Shown here one piece after another: positions 1 to 9,279 of a DNA stretch of 64,000 nt. This stretch comes from Longimicrobiales bacterium. Its GTDB lineage: Bacteria > Gemmatimonadota > Gemmatimonadetes > Longimicrobiales > Gaopeijiaceae. The position numbers were made by a program, and so were the translations under genes. The stretch spans positions 36,910 through 100,909 of the forward strand of contig CBDDDK010000001.1 in assembly GCA_965226625.1 (NCBI GenBank), in the 5' to 3' direction. Numbering within the stretch: position 1 is the first letter of the stretch; each line of letters opens with the position of its first letter. The notes beneath the pieces were generated by a model. It did not search any database and was not told the origin of the DNA. It saw nothing but the letters and a program-made list of their open reading frames with translations.

Positions 1-419
1 CCCACGCCGCGCATCTGGCCGGCCACGTAGGTGAACGAGACGAAGATCGCACATACGACGGCGACGATGCGCGCAGTCTGCGAATAGTACCGATCTCCCA
101 CGAAGTCCGGCACCGTAAACGCCCCGAACTTGCGTAGGTAGGGCGCGATCAGCAGCGCCAACAGTACGTAGCCTCCTGTCCAACCCATGAGATACACTGA
201 GCCGTCGTACCCCATGACGGAGATCAGGCCCGCCATCGAGATGAACGACGCGGCGCTCATCCAGTCGGCGGCGGTGGCCATACCGTTCGCGAGCGGAGAG
301 ACGCCCTTTCCCGCCACATAGAAGTCCTTCGTGGATCGGGCGCGGGACCAGACCGCGACACCGATATAGAGCGTGAACGACGACGCAACGAGCAGGAGGG
401 TCCATTGCTGAGTGGTCAC
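1..419 (-). CDS. Sodium:solute symporter (cation/acetate ActP / VC_2705-like), N-terminal part; gene continues past the window edge
   Basis: Not in the ORF track because it has a GTG start and is open at the window edge. Manual minus-strand translation from GTG at 419 gives [65 protein letters not shown]..., a typical SSF N-terminus. A GTGA overlap links it to the stop of the upstream small-subunit gene. Confidence 0.75.
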   Translation of the reverse strand, partial: MTTQQWTLLLVASSFTLYIGVAVWSRARSTKDFYVAGKGVSPLANGMATAADWMSAASFISMAGLISVMGYDGSVYLMGWTGGYVLLALLIAPYLRKFGAFTVPDFVGDRYYSQTARIVAVVCAIFVSFTYVAGQMRGV

Positions 420-745
420 TCGCCATCCCCCTCACCGACGTCGAACTTGGCGTCGAGCCTATTCATGAGCTTCACGTACAGGAAGATCAGGAGCACGAAT
501 ACGTAGATCGAACCCTGTTGCGCGAACCAGAAGCCGAGGGGGAAAGCGGTGCCGGGCACCGTGATCGAGTTCAGTGGCTCGGCCAGCAGAATGCCGAATC
601 CGTAGGACACGACGAACCAGACCACGAGGAGGATCCCGACGTAGCGGAGATTTCGCTTCCAGTATTCAGCGTGCCGGGCTCTGGTACGGGGATCCGCGAC
701 AGACGGACGCTCGGAGGCGTCTGACGATCCACTCAAGGGACTCAT
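416..745 (-). CDS. DUF4212-type small membrane subunit of a solute:sodium symporter
   Basis: Internal ATG of track ORF 416..910 (MSPLSGSS...). Two TM segments and the motif [28 protein letters not shown]...[25 protein letters not shown] overlap with the upstream gene and GTGA overlap with the downstream symporter. Confidence 0.8.
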   Translation of the reverse strand: MSPLSGSSDASERPSVADPRTRARHAEYWKRNLRYVGILLVVWFVVSYGFGILLAEPLNSITVPGTAFPLGFWFAQQGSIYVFVLLIFLYVKLMNRLDAKFDVGEGDGE

Positions 746-1488
746 GCGCCGGCTGGCAAGGCTTCTTCGACGCTGGCGACGAACGTCGATAGCGCATCCC
801 AGTACGATCGGCCCACAATCTCGGCTAGATCGTTGTGTCCCGCCTCCTCGACCCACAGCAACGAGCGCCGGTGCCCGGGCAGGGCCTCGAAGAGTCGCCG
901 CCCGTGCCACGGCGCGATCACTTCGTCCCGCTGCCCGTGTATGACCAACACGGGCGCGGTCACGTCATCCAGCTTCGCGAGGGTCTCGAACTGATCGACG
1001 GGCAGAAGCGGCGCGCGCGTGACGACCCGATACATCGACACGAACGAGCTCTCGATGATCAGCCCGCCGACCGGTACTCGGCTTGCGAGGTCAACCATCA
1101 CTCCACCCCCGAGCGAGCGCCCGTGTGCGACGATCGCCGCCGCCTCGAGGCCCACCTGCTCGCGTAGGTAGCGGTAGGCGGCGTCTGCGGCGGCATAGGT
1201 ACCGGGTTCGGTCGGCTTCCCCGTACTGAGGCCGTACCCCGGATAGTCGAAGGCGATGACCGATACCCCCAGTTGCGCGTATCGATCGGTGTAGCCGACG
1301 CCGTGCCCCAAGTCCTCCGCGTTTCCGTGAGCGAAGAGCACCGTGAGGGCGGCTCCGGGGGTCTCGTGGTGGAAGACCGCAATCTCGTCCCCGGCTTCGC
1401 TCTCGAGCCGAACCAGCCCCTGCGCGCGCTCATCGTAGGACGATGACGGAGGCAAGAAGATGAGATGGTCCACAAGACCCGCCATCAT
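742..1488 (-). CDS. Alpha/beta hydrolase (serine hydrolase, GxSxG)
   Basis: 248-aa ORF with nucleophile elbow GRSLGGG, the HG motif (LFAHGNAEDLG) and C-terminal VIHGQRDEVI...GHND. Its start overlaps the stop of the upstream symporter (ATGA). Confidence 0.75.
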   Translation of the reverse strand: MMAGLVDHLIFLPPSSSYDERAQGLVRLESEAGDEIAVFHHETPGAALTVLFAHGNAEDLGHGVGYTDRYAQLGVSVIAFDYPGYGLSTGKPTEPGTYAAADAAYRYLREQVGLEAAAIVAHGRSLGGGVMVDLASRVPVGGLIIESSFVSMYRVVTRAPLLPVDQFETLAKLDDVTAPVLVIHGQRDEVIAPWHGRRLFEALPGHRRSLLWVEEAGHNDLAEIVGRSYWDALSTFVASVEEALPAGA

Positions 1489-2987
1489 CAGCCGTCCTCC
1501 GTTCCGTAGACAAAGCGCTCCACCTCACCGTGGACACGTTGGATGGTTATTGCAGAGGGCGGCGTGGTGAAGACCGACACGTTCAGCGCGACAGCCGTGT
1601 TCACCAGAAGGCCCCAGAGTCCACCGTGCATCCCCAGGGGATGAGGCGACACCAGCAGAGTGACATACAATGTGACGAGCCCGGCCGCGATCCCCGAGAC
1701 CACTCCCGCACGGGTCAGCGTGCGCCCCCCCGGGAAACACACGCCCAGAATCGATGGCATCAGCTGAAGCGCTCCCGCTCCCGAAAGCGTGACGAGCACG
1801 ACGAGGTAGTCGCCCGTACCCACGGAAAGCAGGTAGCCGACCACCAACAGGCCGACTACGATCGCGCGCCCCACGTTGATGTAGTGGCCTTGACTCTCGT
1901 CCGGCCGGATGAAGCGCTGGTACACGTCGCGCGTGAGCACCGTCATGTTCGCGTGCAGAATCGAGTCGAGCGTCGACATCGCCGCGGCAGTAGCGCCCGC
2001 GAGGATCGCACCGGTCAGCCACGGATTCGTGTATGCGAAGAGCAGCTCCGGAAAGATCCGGTCCGCCTCCGCGCCCTCGAGTCCCGGCATGACGAGCGCA
2101 CCACCCAACCCCACCATGGCCGCCGGGATGTACAGCGACATCAGGTAGATCGGCGTCGTGGCGCCGAGCAGCTTGATCGTCTTCCCATCGACGGCGGTGT
2201 AGTACCTGATCATCATGTGCGGCTGGAAGACGATGCCGAACGACAGCGTGATCGTCATCCCGATCCACATGCCCGGGGTGAAGAAGCCCTGCGGCCCAGG
2301 GAGCGAGAGCAGGTCGGGACGTTGCTCCGAGACTGCTCGCCACAGCTCCAGAGGACCCCCGAAGAGCTCGTAGGACAGAACGAGCGCTCCGACCCAGACC
2401 GCGATATACATCCAGACGCCTTGCAGCACGTCGGTCCAGTAGACCGCCCTGAGCCCACCAGCCATCAAGTATATGGCCGCGACAATGAGCAGGATGAGCG
2501 TACCGGCTTCGAAGCTGATCCGCTCTCCGGACGCCACATTGATTATGTAGCCGAGCCCCTGCGCCTGGACCTGGATGTACAGGATCGTGAAGACCACCGA
2601 AACCACCGCGACCGTGACCCGCACGGCTTCGGACTCGTAGAAATCGGCGAGCATGTCGGCTGGCGTCATGTATCCGAACGCCTTGCCCAACGCCCAGATG
2701 CGCGTGCCGATCACGTAGGTGATCGCGCCTACCAGGATCGTCCACGTGCCCGCCGCCCAGAAGCCGACGCCATGCGTATAGAAGAAGCCGCCGGAGCCGA
2801 GAAACGCGAACGAGGAGTGGAAGGACGCGACGACAGTCAGATAGAGCACGACGAAGCCCGCCTTCCGCCCATAGAGCAGAAAGTCCTCCATGTCCCCGGT
2901 CATGCGACGGTTAGCGACGATACCGAGCACGATCGTCAGGACGAGGTATAGAACGATCAGCCCGGTCGCTACGACCCAGGCCTCCAT
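1488..2987 (-). CDS. Sodium:solute symporter family (SSF) transporter
   Basis: 499-aa polytopic ORF, about 13 hydrophobic segments, SSF-like sequence throughout. The overlapping ORFs 1525..2745(-) and 1530..2951(+) are Arg/Pro-rich GC artefacts. Confidence 0.85.
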   Translation of the reverse strand: MEAWVVATGLIVLYLVLTIVLGIVANRRMTGDMEDFLLYGRKAGFVVLYLTVVASFHSSFAFLGSGGFFYTHGVGFWAAGTWTILVGAITYVIGTRIWALGKAFGYMTPADMLADFYESEAVRVTVAVVSVVFTILYIQVQAQGLGYIINVASGERISFEAGTLILLIVAAIYLMAGGLRAVYWTDVLQGVWMYIAVWVGALVLSYELFGGPLELWRAVSEQRPDLLSLPGPQGFFTPGMWIGMTITLSFGIVFQPHMMIRYYTAVDGKTIKLLGATTPIYLMSLYIPAAMVGLGGALVMPGLEGAEADRIFPELLFAYTNPWLTGAILAGATAAAMSTLDSILHANMTVLTRDVYQRFIRPDESQGHYINVGRAIVVGLLVVGYLLSVGTGDYLVVLVTLSGAGALQLMPSILGVCFPGGRTLTRAGVVSGIAAGLVTLYVTLLVSPHPLGMHGGLWGLLVNTAVALNVSVFTTPPSAITIQRVHGEVERFVYGTEDG

Positions 2988-3026
2988 CAGCTGGATCCCG
3001 GGGCGGCCTTTTGCCCCACGCCGGGA

Positions 3027-3260
3027 CTAAACACCACGGCGGAATGCCCAGATGAGCACCAAGATCAATGCACAATACACCGCGAGCAGCGCGACGTAGA
3101 AGAAGGGCAGCCCGAAGATCCACGGGTCCGTGCGGTTCAGCACGGCGTGGGTCATGGGCGGCATCGCGAGCAGAAAGAGCGCCAGAAACGCGATCGTGGC
3201 GGTCCGGCCATCACGAGTACGGGGGAAGAAGTGGGACCTGCGCGGGGCGTTACCGTTCAT
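3027..3260 (-). CDS. Small two-TM membrane protein, DUF3311-like partner of an SSF transporter
   Basis: 77-aa ORF 40 nt upstream of the SSF gene on the same strand. Two hydrophobic helices (IAFLALFLLAMPP, FFYVALLAVYCALILVLIWAF). Confidence 0.55.
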   Translation of the reverse strand: MNGNAPRRSHFFPRTRDGRTATIAFLALFLLAMPPMTHAVLNRTDPWIFGLPFFYVALLAVYCALILVLIWAFRRGV

Positions 3261-3403
3261 GGCCGACGAAGATGGGCGCGGCGGCCTCGCCGCAGCAAGG
3301 GCGCCCCGCGGGGCCGGCGGTCACGGAGGTCGGCCAGGTCCGATCTACCCTCTCCACCTCAGCCGAGAGCGCCTCGAGGAGTCGGGGTCGCGATCGCGCG
3401 CGC

Positions 3404-4537
3404 TCAGTACGTCAAGTACGAGACATCGACCCAGCTCCGGTTCGGTAGGCGACGTGCCCTGGTGAGGTTGGAGCCCAGGATCGCACGCTCGAGGGCGCAC
3501 TTCGAGTACGAGATTATCGAGCCACCGGTGTAGACCTGCCCGCCGAGAGTCGCGTTCCCAGCCAAGACACCCCCAAAAATCCGGTTTCCATTGCCCTGGG
3601 TCTCGAACTCTCCCTGAACTATGATCACACCGTAGAAGGCGAACTGCCCGCGCAGACTCAGGTCGCCCGCCACGAGCAAGATGCCCTGCCCGCGTCCGTT
3701 GGCCTGGATATTGGCGTCGCCGTTCACGAAGATGATCGGGAAATAACTTTCGCAGGGAGTCCCTGGATCCTCGGGCTCACCCCAGTTCTCGACGTCAGCG
3801 GCGTTGCAAGCGCCGCCCAACAGGCTCGGGGCTATGTCCAGGTTCCCCGCCGGAGGGAACACGTCCGCCATCGCAATCAGGTCGTTCCAATCCACGCTCC
3901 CGAACTCGGTGAAGGTCTCGTCGGTTATGGAGGGGTCCTGTGTGACCGGGGGCGTGCCGTCAATCATCCCCTGGCCTTGCGTGCCCACAGTGGAGGTCAT
4001 GTCGGTCGCTATGCCCGGCATGTTCGCGGGCACGTTCGTGCACCCGGTCCATTCGGGTGGGTACACGTCCTGCCCCAACACCGCTGCGTTGCCCCGCACC
4101 GAGATGCTTCCGCGTGTGGTCAGCGCCGCGGGTGGGTCCAAGTCAGCCGAGCTCATATGCGCCATGAGACCCACGCGGTGCGTCGCGCCCGCTCGCAGAG
4201 GCCCCCCCAGGCTGACCACGCCGGTCATATCGACGTAGTAAAACAAAGGGGTCATCTTGGTGACGGTCGCGGACCACGTCCCCTCTGGGAGCGTGCCCGT
4301 GACCTCTGTGCTGCCCCAGAGCGGGAGCGCGTTGTAGGCCGCTCCGTTCCAGTTGGTCAGGAACTCGACGGCGCTCCGCTCGGTCATGTTGAACGCGACC
4401 GACGACTGCTCGGCGGACCACCCTACGCGGTATTCCTGCTGGGCCATGTAGATCGCTCCCGTGATCAGCACGGCCAAGATGACGAGCGCCATGACGGCCG
4501 TCGGAAGCGCAAAACCTCGCGAAGTGGATATGTTCAT
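3404..4537 (-). CDS. PilX-like type IV pilus minor pilin / pilus assembly protein
   Basis: N-terminus MNISTSRGFALPTAVMALVILAVLITGAIYMA resembles the PilX N-terminal hydrophobic segment. It is the last gene of the minor-pilin operon. Start chosen at ATG 4537; the track start 4573 is an alternative. Confidence 0.6.
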   Translation of the reverse strand: MNISTSRGFALPTAVMALVILAVLITGAIYMAQQEYRVGWSAEQSSVAFNMTERSAVEFLTNWNGAAYNALPLWGSTEVTGTLPEGTWSATVTKMTPLFYYVDMTGVVSLGGPLRAGATHRVGLMAHMSSADLDPPAALTTRGSISVRGNAAVLGQDVYPPEWTGCTNVPANMPGIATDMTSTVGTQGQGMIDGTPPVTQDPSITDETFTEFGSVDWNDLIAMADVFPPAGNLDIAPSLLGGACNAADVENWGEPEDPGTPCESYFPIIFVNGDANIQANGRGQGILLVAGDLSLRGQFAFYGVIIVQGEFETQGNGNRIFGGVLAGNATLGGQVYTGGSIISYSKCALERAILGSNLTRARRLPNRSWVDVSYLTY

Positions 4538-4580
4538 TCGCCACAAGCTCCTCTGTCCGGGATCAACTCGCACTTAGGCC

Positions 4581-5406
4581 TCAGTTCCTCGGGTGTATGT
4601 CCGAGACGAGAGAGTCCTGGATAACCCCTCCCGGCATCGCCGACGACGTGCGCAACACGATTCGTATTCTCTCCACCTGGGAAGGCACGATCGCCGCGGT
4701 CCCGAAGCCGTCCCAGTAGGTGAACGTCGGAGTGCCTTGCACACGCCGTAGCGGACCGACCAACGACGGGGACACCGTCCCACCGGAGCCCAACATCTCC
4801 CTCCCCAGGAACACCTGTCCGTCAACCAGAAAGAGGCCGTAGATGTAGTGGACGAAGGCTCGCACGGGAGCCCCGACGCTGATGGAATCCGGCGGAACTC
4901 CGACCGGCGTGTCCTCGATCTCTATGGATCTGGGCCGGATCCGTTCCGTTGCAGGACGTCGTACCGACGATGTCGCTGACTATCGCGAGCTTCCACACGT
5001 CGTCGGCGATCGTTTCCGGGAGGTTGGCCGCGAGCACGAAGATCGAGTCGTCCAGCACGAACGGATCCCCGACGTTTTGCACGGTCAGCCGAGGATCACT
5101 GCCGCTCAAGTCGACGTTGCAGACGAGGCCGAAGGTTCGGGGAGCGCGCACCTCGATGGAGTCAGAGCCCATATCGACCAGATCCCCCGTGGCGGGGCTG
5201 ATCTCCCGAAGCTCGCCGTAAATGATGCCCATCCCGGACCGGAGCGTCTGTTGCCCCCGAATCTTCGACGCGGCAGCGGTGAGGGTACGCTGGTTGCTGA
5301 TCAGGATATTGAGCGTTGCCATGATCACCAGGCTCCCGAGCACGGTCACGATCATGAGCTCCACCAGCGTAAAGCCGCGGGATCCGGTTGGGCGAGGGAC
5401 GGACAT
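4581..5406 (-). pseudogene. PilW-like minor pilin, apparently frameshifted
   Basis: Prepilin signature SRGFTLVELMIVTVLGSLVI follows ATG 5406. The plausible sequence in this frame ends near ...TSCNGTDPAQI (about 4930). It then continues in another frame (track ORF 4581..4865 and its upstream extension): ...IEIEDTPVGVPPDSISVGAPVRAFVHYIYGLFLVDGQVFLG... Confidence 0.6.
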
Positions 5407-5408
5407 AC

Positions 5409-5822
5409 TCAGAATCCCGGACTCGCGAAGGTGACGAACACGGTGTCGGCTACCACGTCCGAGAGCGCCGTCATCCCGGTGACCCCTCGCGGTCTCCCCA
5501 ACCCCACCGTCACGACCCTGAGAGTCCTGGAGCCTCCCGTGTTGGCGGTCACGGTCCACGTCACGTCGAACCTGCCGAATGTGCCGGAGCCTCCAACCAC
5601 GTTTGCGAACGGACCGGCCATAACCCCCTCGACAGCGCTCTGCCGCGCGACCGCCCGCTCGGTGGAGAGCTTCGAGAGCGTGATCTGGCGGACGACCCAA
5701 GTCGAGGTTCCAGCCATGCTCAAGATCCCGACGGACAGAATGACGACGGCGACGACAAGCTCGGCCAGTGAGAATCCAGACCGCTTGCGGGCGCGGATCG
5801 GGTCAGGTCCCGAGCTCACCAT
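5409..5822 (-). CDS. PilV-like type IV minor pilin
   Basis: 137 aa. The prepilin cleavage/methylation motif KRSGFSLAELVVAVVILSVGIL is followed by a small beta-rich domain. Sits within the minor-pilin operon. Confidence 0.65.
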   Translation of the reverse strand: MVSSGPDPIRARKRSGFSLAELVVAVVILSVGILSMAGTSTWVVRQITLSKLSTERAVARQSAVEGVMAGPFANVVGGSGTFGRFDVTWTVTANTGGSRTLRVVTVGLGRPRGVTGMTALSDVVADTVFVTFASPGF

Positions 5823-6268
5823 GTCACTTGACCCATCGGGAAGAGAACGACGGTCTGAGAGGCTTCGGCGGTCGCGAAAGTCAACTCGACCGGTTCGGCG
5901 AAGGAGTTACACCGGGACTCGGAGTACCCCCGCGCGATCATGCACAACTGCACCACGCCGCCGGCATCGGACTGAAGGTCGACGCCATCAGGAACGAACC
6001 GATAGGTCGTGATCGTATTGCCCCCCTGGACGATCCACGCGCTGTCGTTTTCGACGTCGATCATCAGCCTAGCCGTCGCTCCAAACTCGACCGCCTGGGC
6101 CCGTGTGCGCGCGTGCAGCGCTAGGAACGCTTGGCGGGCACCAGCTGCCGCGAGGACGCTGCGGGTCCTGGCTATCCTCGACGTCGTTGTCGAGAGCAGC
6201 ACGAAGCCGATCATGATCACGATAACGAGTTCTATGAGCGAGAACCCCTTGGACTGATAAAGCGTCAA
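5816..6268 (-). CDS. GspH/FimT-like minor (pseudo)pilin
   Basis: 150 aa with leader MTLYQSKG followed by FSLIELVIVIMIGFVLL. TTG start with a GAGG Shine-Dalgarno about 7 nt upstream. First gene of the operon. Confidence 0.65.
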   Translation of the reverse strand: MTLYQSKGFSLIELVIVIMIGFVLLSTTTSRIARTRSVLAAAGARQAFLALHARTRAQAVEFGATARLMIDVENDSAWIVQGGNTITTYRFVPDGVDLQSDAGGVVQLCMIARGYSESRCNSFAEPVELTFATAEASQTVVLFPMGQVTW

Positions 6269-6299
6269 CTGATTACCTCAGACTAAGGTGCTTCGTCGC

Positions 6300-6313
6300 G
6301 GGGGGGGGGGGGG
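6300..6313. repeat. G14 homopolymer (C14 on the pilin-coding strand), 32 nt upstream of the minor-pilin operon start
   Basis: Read directly: ...cttcgtcgc g gggggggggg ggg tcccgag... Confidence 0.95.
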
Positions 6314-6692
6314 TCCCGAGGGCCGCGTCAAGGATGGCGAGCCGCTATTTCAATACTTATCGGCGGCCGCTCCCCAAGTATAAGGATCAAGCACGGGATG
6401 GAGAGGCAGAAGACGAGCAAGCTGGCGAAGGGACTCGAACCCCAACCTGCTGATGGCAAAGCCGTACTTTTAAGGATCCTCAGACCGGTAGACTTCGCAT
6501 CCGTGAGCCATTTTGTCGCCGAGTACCGCCGGAACCTTGGCCGAGTCCGCCCGAGGTGGTCTGCTCGAGGAGCTCCCGGGCTATGTCGAGCAGACCCCAT
6601 TGCGGTGGAATCGCGGGATCATTGGGCTCTGTCGGGGTATTGGGTTGTCCGCGGTGAAACCCGCCGCCCACGCTCAGAGGTATCGGCCGATC

Positions 6693-9092
6693 ATGTCCAG
6701 CCCTTCGCTGACGAAGGAGTTTCCGTTCGGAACGCGCCTGAGCTTGGCGCACCTTATCGACTTCTGGGAGCGACAGGCGGGGGACCCGAGTTCCCTCCAT
6801 GCCCCCCTCGCCCGGATGATCGTCGAGAGGCTCGACGAGGCTCCCGAGCTGCGCCAGATCATTGACGAGCGCTCCGTGCTGGAGACGCACGCGGAGCTCA
6901 TCGACCTTCTGATGACCGCCATCGTCCCGGCCGGTCGGCGCGACGACTACTACGCCATGGCCGTCGACCCCTTCGGGACCGTCCCCTTCTACGAGTCGCC
7001 GGGATGGCGACGACTCGAGCTCGGTGACAGCGAACGCATCCACGAACACCTGAGCATCCCACCGGATCAACTGCTCTTCGGGAAGCTCATGTGGGCCTAC
7101 GAGTTTCTGCTCGAGGAGTGGGTCGGAGTCGAGGCGGATCTCCAACACGCGATCGTCATGACGGTACGCGATGAGGAGGTCGGTCTAGACAGGCACTTCT
7201 CGTTGGGTATTGATCCGCGGTTCGTAACGGTCCGGCTCGTGCGCGACATCGAAAAGCCGTCTCCGGATGTGATTGCACGCCTGCTGGCTGAGCCGACCAA
7301 CCTCGACCTGTGGACTGAGACTCTACCTCCGGACGCCTTCGAGTTCGATGGGATGACGGTGATCACCGCCGTGGACGTGACACCCCACGAGGTGGTTTCA
7401 CGACTCAAGAACGACCTCATCGAGAAGGGCTCGATAGCGTCGCCCGAACGGGTCGATCAGCTCCAGCATCGCATTCGCAACCTCCTGGGTCGCCCCGAGC
7501 TCAGCCTTGGCCTCATCGCTTTCGACCGGCGAGCGGACGTTGATTCCATCGAAGCTGCGAGGGCGGTCGGCAGGAGCCTGCTTCTCTGCGACGAGTGCGC
7601 GCCCACGTGCCCTAACCGGGCCAGTTCCCACTATGGTGCCGTCTTTCACGGTACCGACCCGGTCATCGTTCAGGATCTGAAGAAGTCGAAGGTGCGCACC
7701 GGATACGAACACCACCTTCGGAAGCATGGCCACCGTAGCCTGCTTCTCTATCCGCTTCACGTAGACGGTAAGGTGGTCGGCCTCATGGAACTCGCTTCCC
7801 CGAAGCCGGGAGACCTCAACGCCTTCAACGCTCGCAGACTGCTGGACGTCGTTCCGCTTTTCGCCACTACACTCAAGCGCAACCTTGACGAGCTCGAGGA
7901 CCGTGTGCAGGCTCTGATCAAGCGGAAGTACACGGCGATCCACTCGGCCGTCGAGTGGCGTTTCCGGGATGCCGCGCTGAGCTATCTGGAACGGAGTGAG
8001 CGCGGTGAGGTGAGCCCCGAACTCGAGCAGATCGTATTCAACGATGTGTATCCGCTCTACGGTCTGTCCGACATTCGCAGCTCGTCGCGGATACGCAACG
8101 AGGCCATTCGGGAAGACTTGAGAGAGCAGCTTCAACTGGCGCTGGACGTAATCAATGTGGCGGGGCAGATCCAACCGCTTCCCGCGCTCGAGGAAGTCGG
8201 GTACCTACTGACGCGGCATCTAGACCAGATCGAAGCGAACCTCCGGTCGGACGACGAATCGGGCGTCCTACACCTCCTCCGACAGGATGTAGAGCCGCTC
8301 TTCGCAGAACTCGAGACCTACGGGAGTGATGTGGCCGAGCGTGTTGCGGCCTATCGCGGGGCGCTGGACGACGACCTGAACATCGTCTACCGGCGGCGCA
8401 AGGATTTCGAGCTGAGCATGGCGGCCATGAACGACGCTACGTCCATGATCCTCGACGCGGAGGAGGAGCGAGCGCAGGCCATGTTCCCTCACTTCTTCGA
8501 GAAGTTCCGGACCGACGGTGTTGATCACAGCATCTACGTTGGCGCCGAGCTCCACGAGGACGCAATCTTCGATGAGCTCTATCTGCGCAACCTCCGGATC
8601 TGGCAGCTCATGACGGCGTGCCGGATCGAGTGGGAGCTCGCCGGGATAAAGGACGACCTGCCCGTGCCTCTCGAGGCGACCCACCTGGTGCTCGTCCAGC
8701 ATCAGCCGCTCTCGATCCGGTTCCGCATCGACGAAAAGCGCTTCGACGTAGACGGGGCGTACGACATCCGGTACGAGATCGTCAAGAAGAGGATCGACAA
8801 GGCGCTCGTCAGAGGGACAAAGGAGCGCGTAACCCAGCCGGGCCGGCTCGCCATCGTGTACTCCACGGCCAGCGAAGGAGCCGAGTACAGGCGGTACGTC
8901 GATTTCCTCCAGAACAAGGGCTACTTCGCCGCGGGGCTGGACGAGCTGGAACTCGAGGACCTGCCCGGCATCTCCGGACTCAAGGCGCTACGAGTCACCA
9001 TCGCGAGCGAAATTGCAAACGAGACCGGTGAGCCGGGCCAGCCGGCTCGACCATCGGCCAGGGACATCGCGATGGTTCTTGCCGCAGATTAG
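6693..9092 (+). CDS. Large GAF-domain-containing protein of unknown function
   Basis: About 800 aa. The central segment ...HGHRSLLLYPLHVDGKVVGLMELASPKPGDLNAFNARRLLDVVPLFATTL looks like the end of a GAF domain, flanked by long conserved-looking N- and C-terminal regions. ATG 6693 is preferred; the track start 6513 adds an Arg/Gly-rich leader. Confidence 0.6.
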   Translation: MSSPSLTKEFPFGTRLSLAHLIDFWERQAGDPSSLHAPLARMIVERLDEAPELRQIIDERSVLETHAELIDLLMTAIVPAGRRDDYYAMAVDPFGTVPFYESPGWRRLELGDSERIHEHLSIPPDQLLFGKLMWAYEFLLEEWVGVEADLQHAIVMTVRDEEVGLDRHFSLGIDPRFVTVRLVRDIEKPSPDVIARLLAEPTNLDLWTETLPPDAFEFDGMTVITAVDVTPHEVVSRLKNDLIEKGSIASPERVDQLQHRIRNLLGRPELSLGLIAFDRRADVDSIEAARAVGRSLLLCDECAPTCPNRASSHYGAVFHGTDPVIVQDLKKSKVRTGYEHHLRKHGHRSLLLYPLHVDGKVVGLMELASPKPGDLNAFNARRLLDVVPLFATTLKRNLDELEDRVQALIKRKYTAIHSAVEWRFRDAALSYLERSERGEVSPELEQIVFNDVYPLYGLSDIRSSSRIRNEAIREDLREQLQLALDVINVAGQIQPLPALEEVGYLLTRHLDQIEANLRSDDESGVLHLLRQDVEPLFAELETYGSDVAERVAAYRGALDDDLNIVYRRRKDFELSMAAMNDATSMILDAEEERAQAMFPHFFEKFRTDGVDHSIYVGAELHEDAIFDELYLRNLRIWQLMTACRIEWELAGIKDDLPVPLEATHLVLVQHQPLSIRFRIDEKRFDVDGAYDIRYEIVKKRIDKALVRGTKERVTQPGRLAIVYSTASEGAEYRRYVDFLQNKGYFAAGLDELELEDLPGISGLKALRVTIASEIANETGEPGQPARPSARDIAMVLAAD

Positions 9093-9279
9093 GCGAAGGA
9101 TCGTGCGGCAGTGATCAAGCCACCGAAGTTCGTGACGCAGTAGTATCCACGCCGTCCGTCGGTTGCCGAATCGGTAGGATCGGCCTCCTCGGGCTGGCTC
9201 CCGCCCGCAGCCCTTCAGTTTTTCGACCGTCCCACACGAGAGTTCTACCTCGTGGGCAGGTTGTAGTCCGTCCAGGCCG

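Noticed and set aside
1525-2951. Long overlapping ORFs opposite or out of frame to real genes, such as 1525..2745(-), 1530..2951(+), 14374..15645(+), 14577..15773(+), 24020..25141(-), 29789..31042 upstream part, 40503..41489(-), 41994..43058(+) and 59827..61104(+)
   Set aside because: They are Arg/Pro/Gly/His-rich, lack family signatures, and fully overlap ORFs with clear homology-type motifs. These are typical stop-poor alternative frames in about 65 percent GC DNA.
6421-6451. A tRNA-like segment (minus strand ..AGCAGGTTGGGGTTCGAGTCCCTTCGCCAGC) with a GTTCGAGTC T-loop, between the pilin operon and the GAF gene
   Set aside because: The T-stem has a mismatch and a wobble pair. I could find no matching 5-prime acceptor strand, D-arm or anticodon arm within 100 nt. 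At most it is a 3-prime tRNA remnant or att-like scar, and it needs a covariance-model scan before being called.
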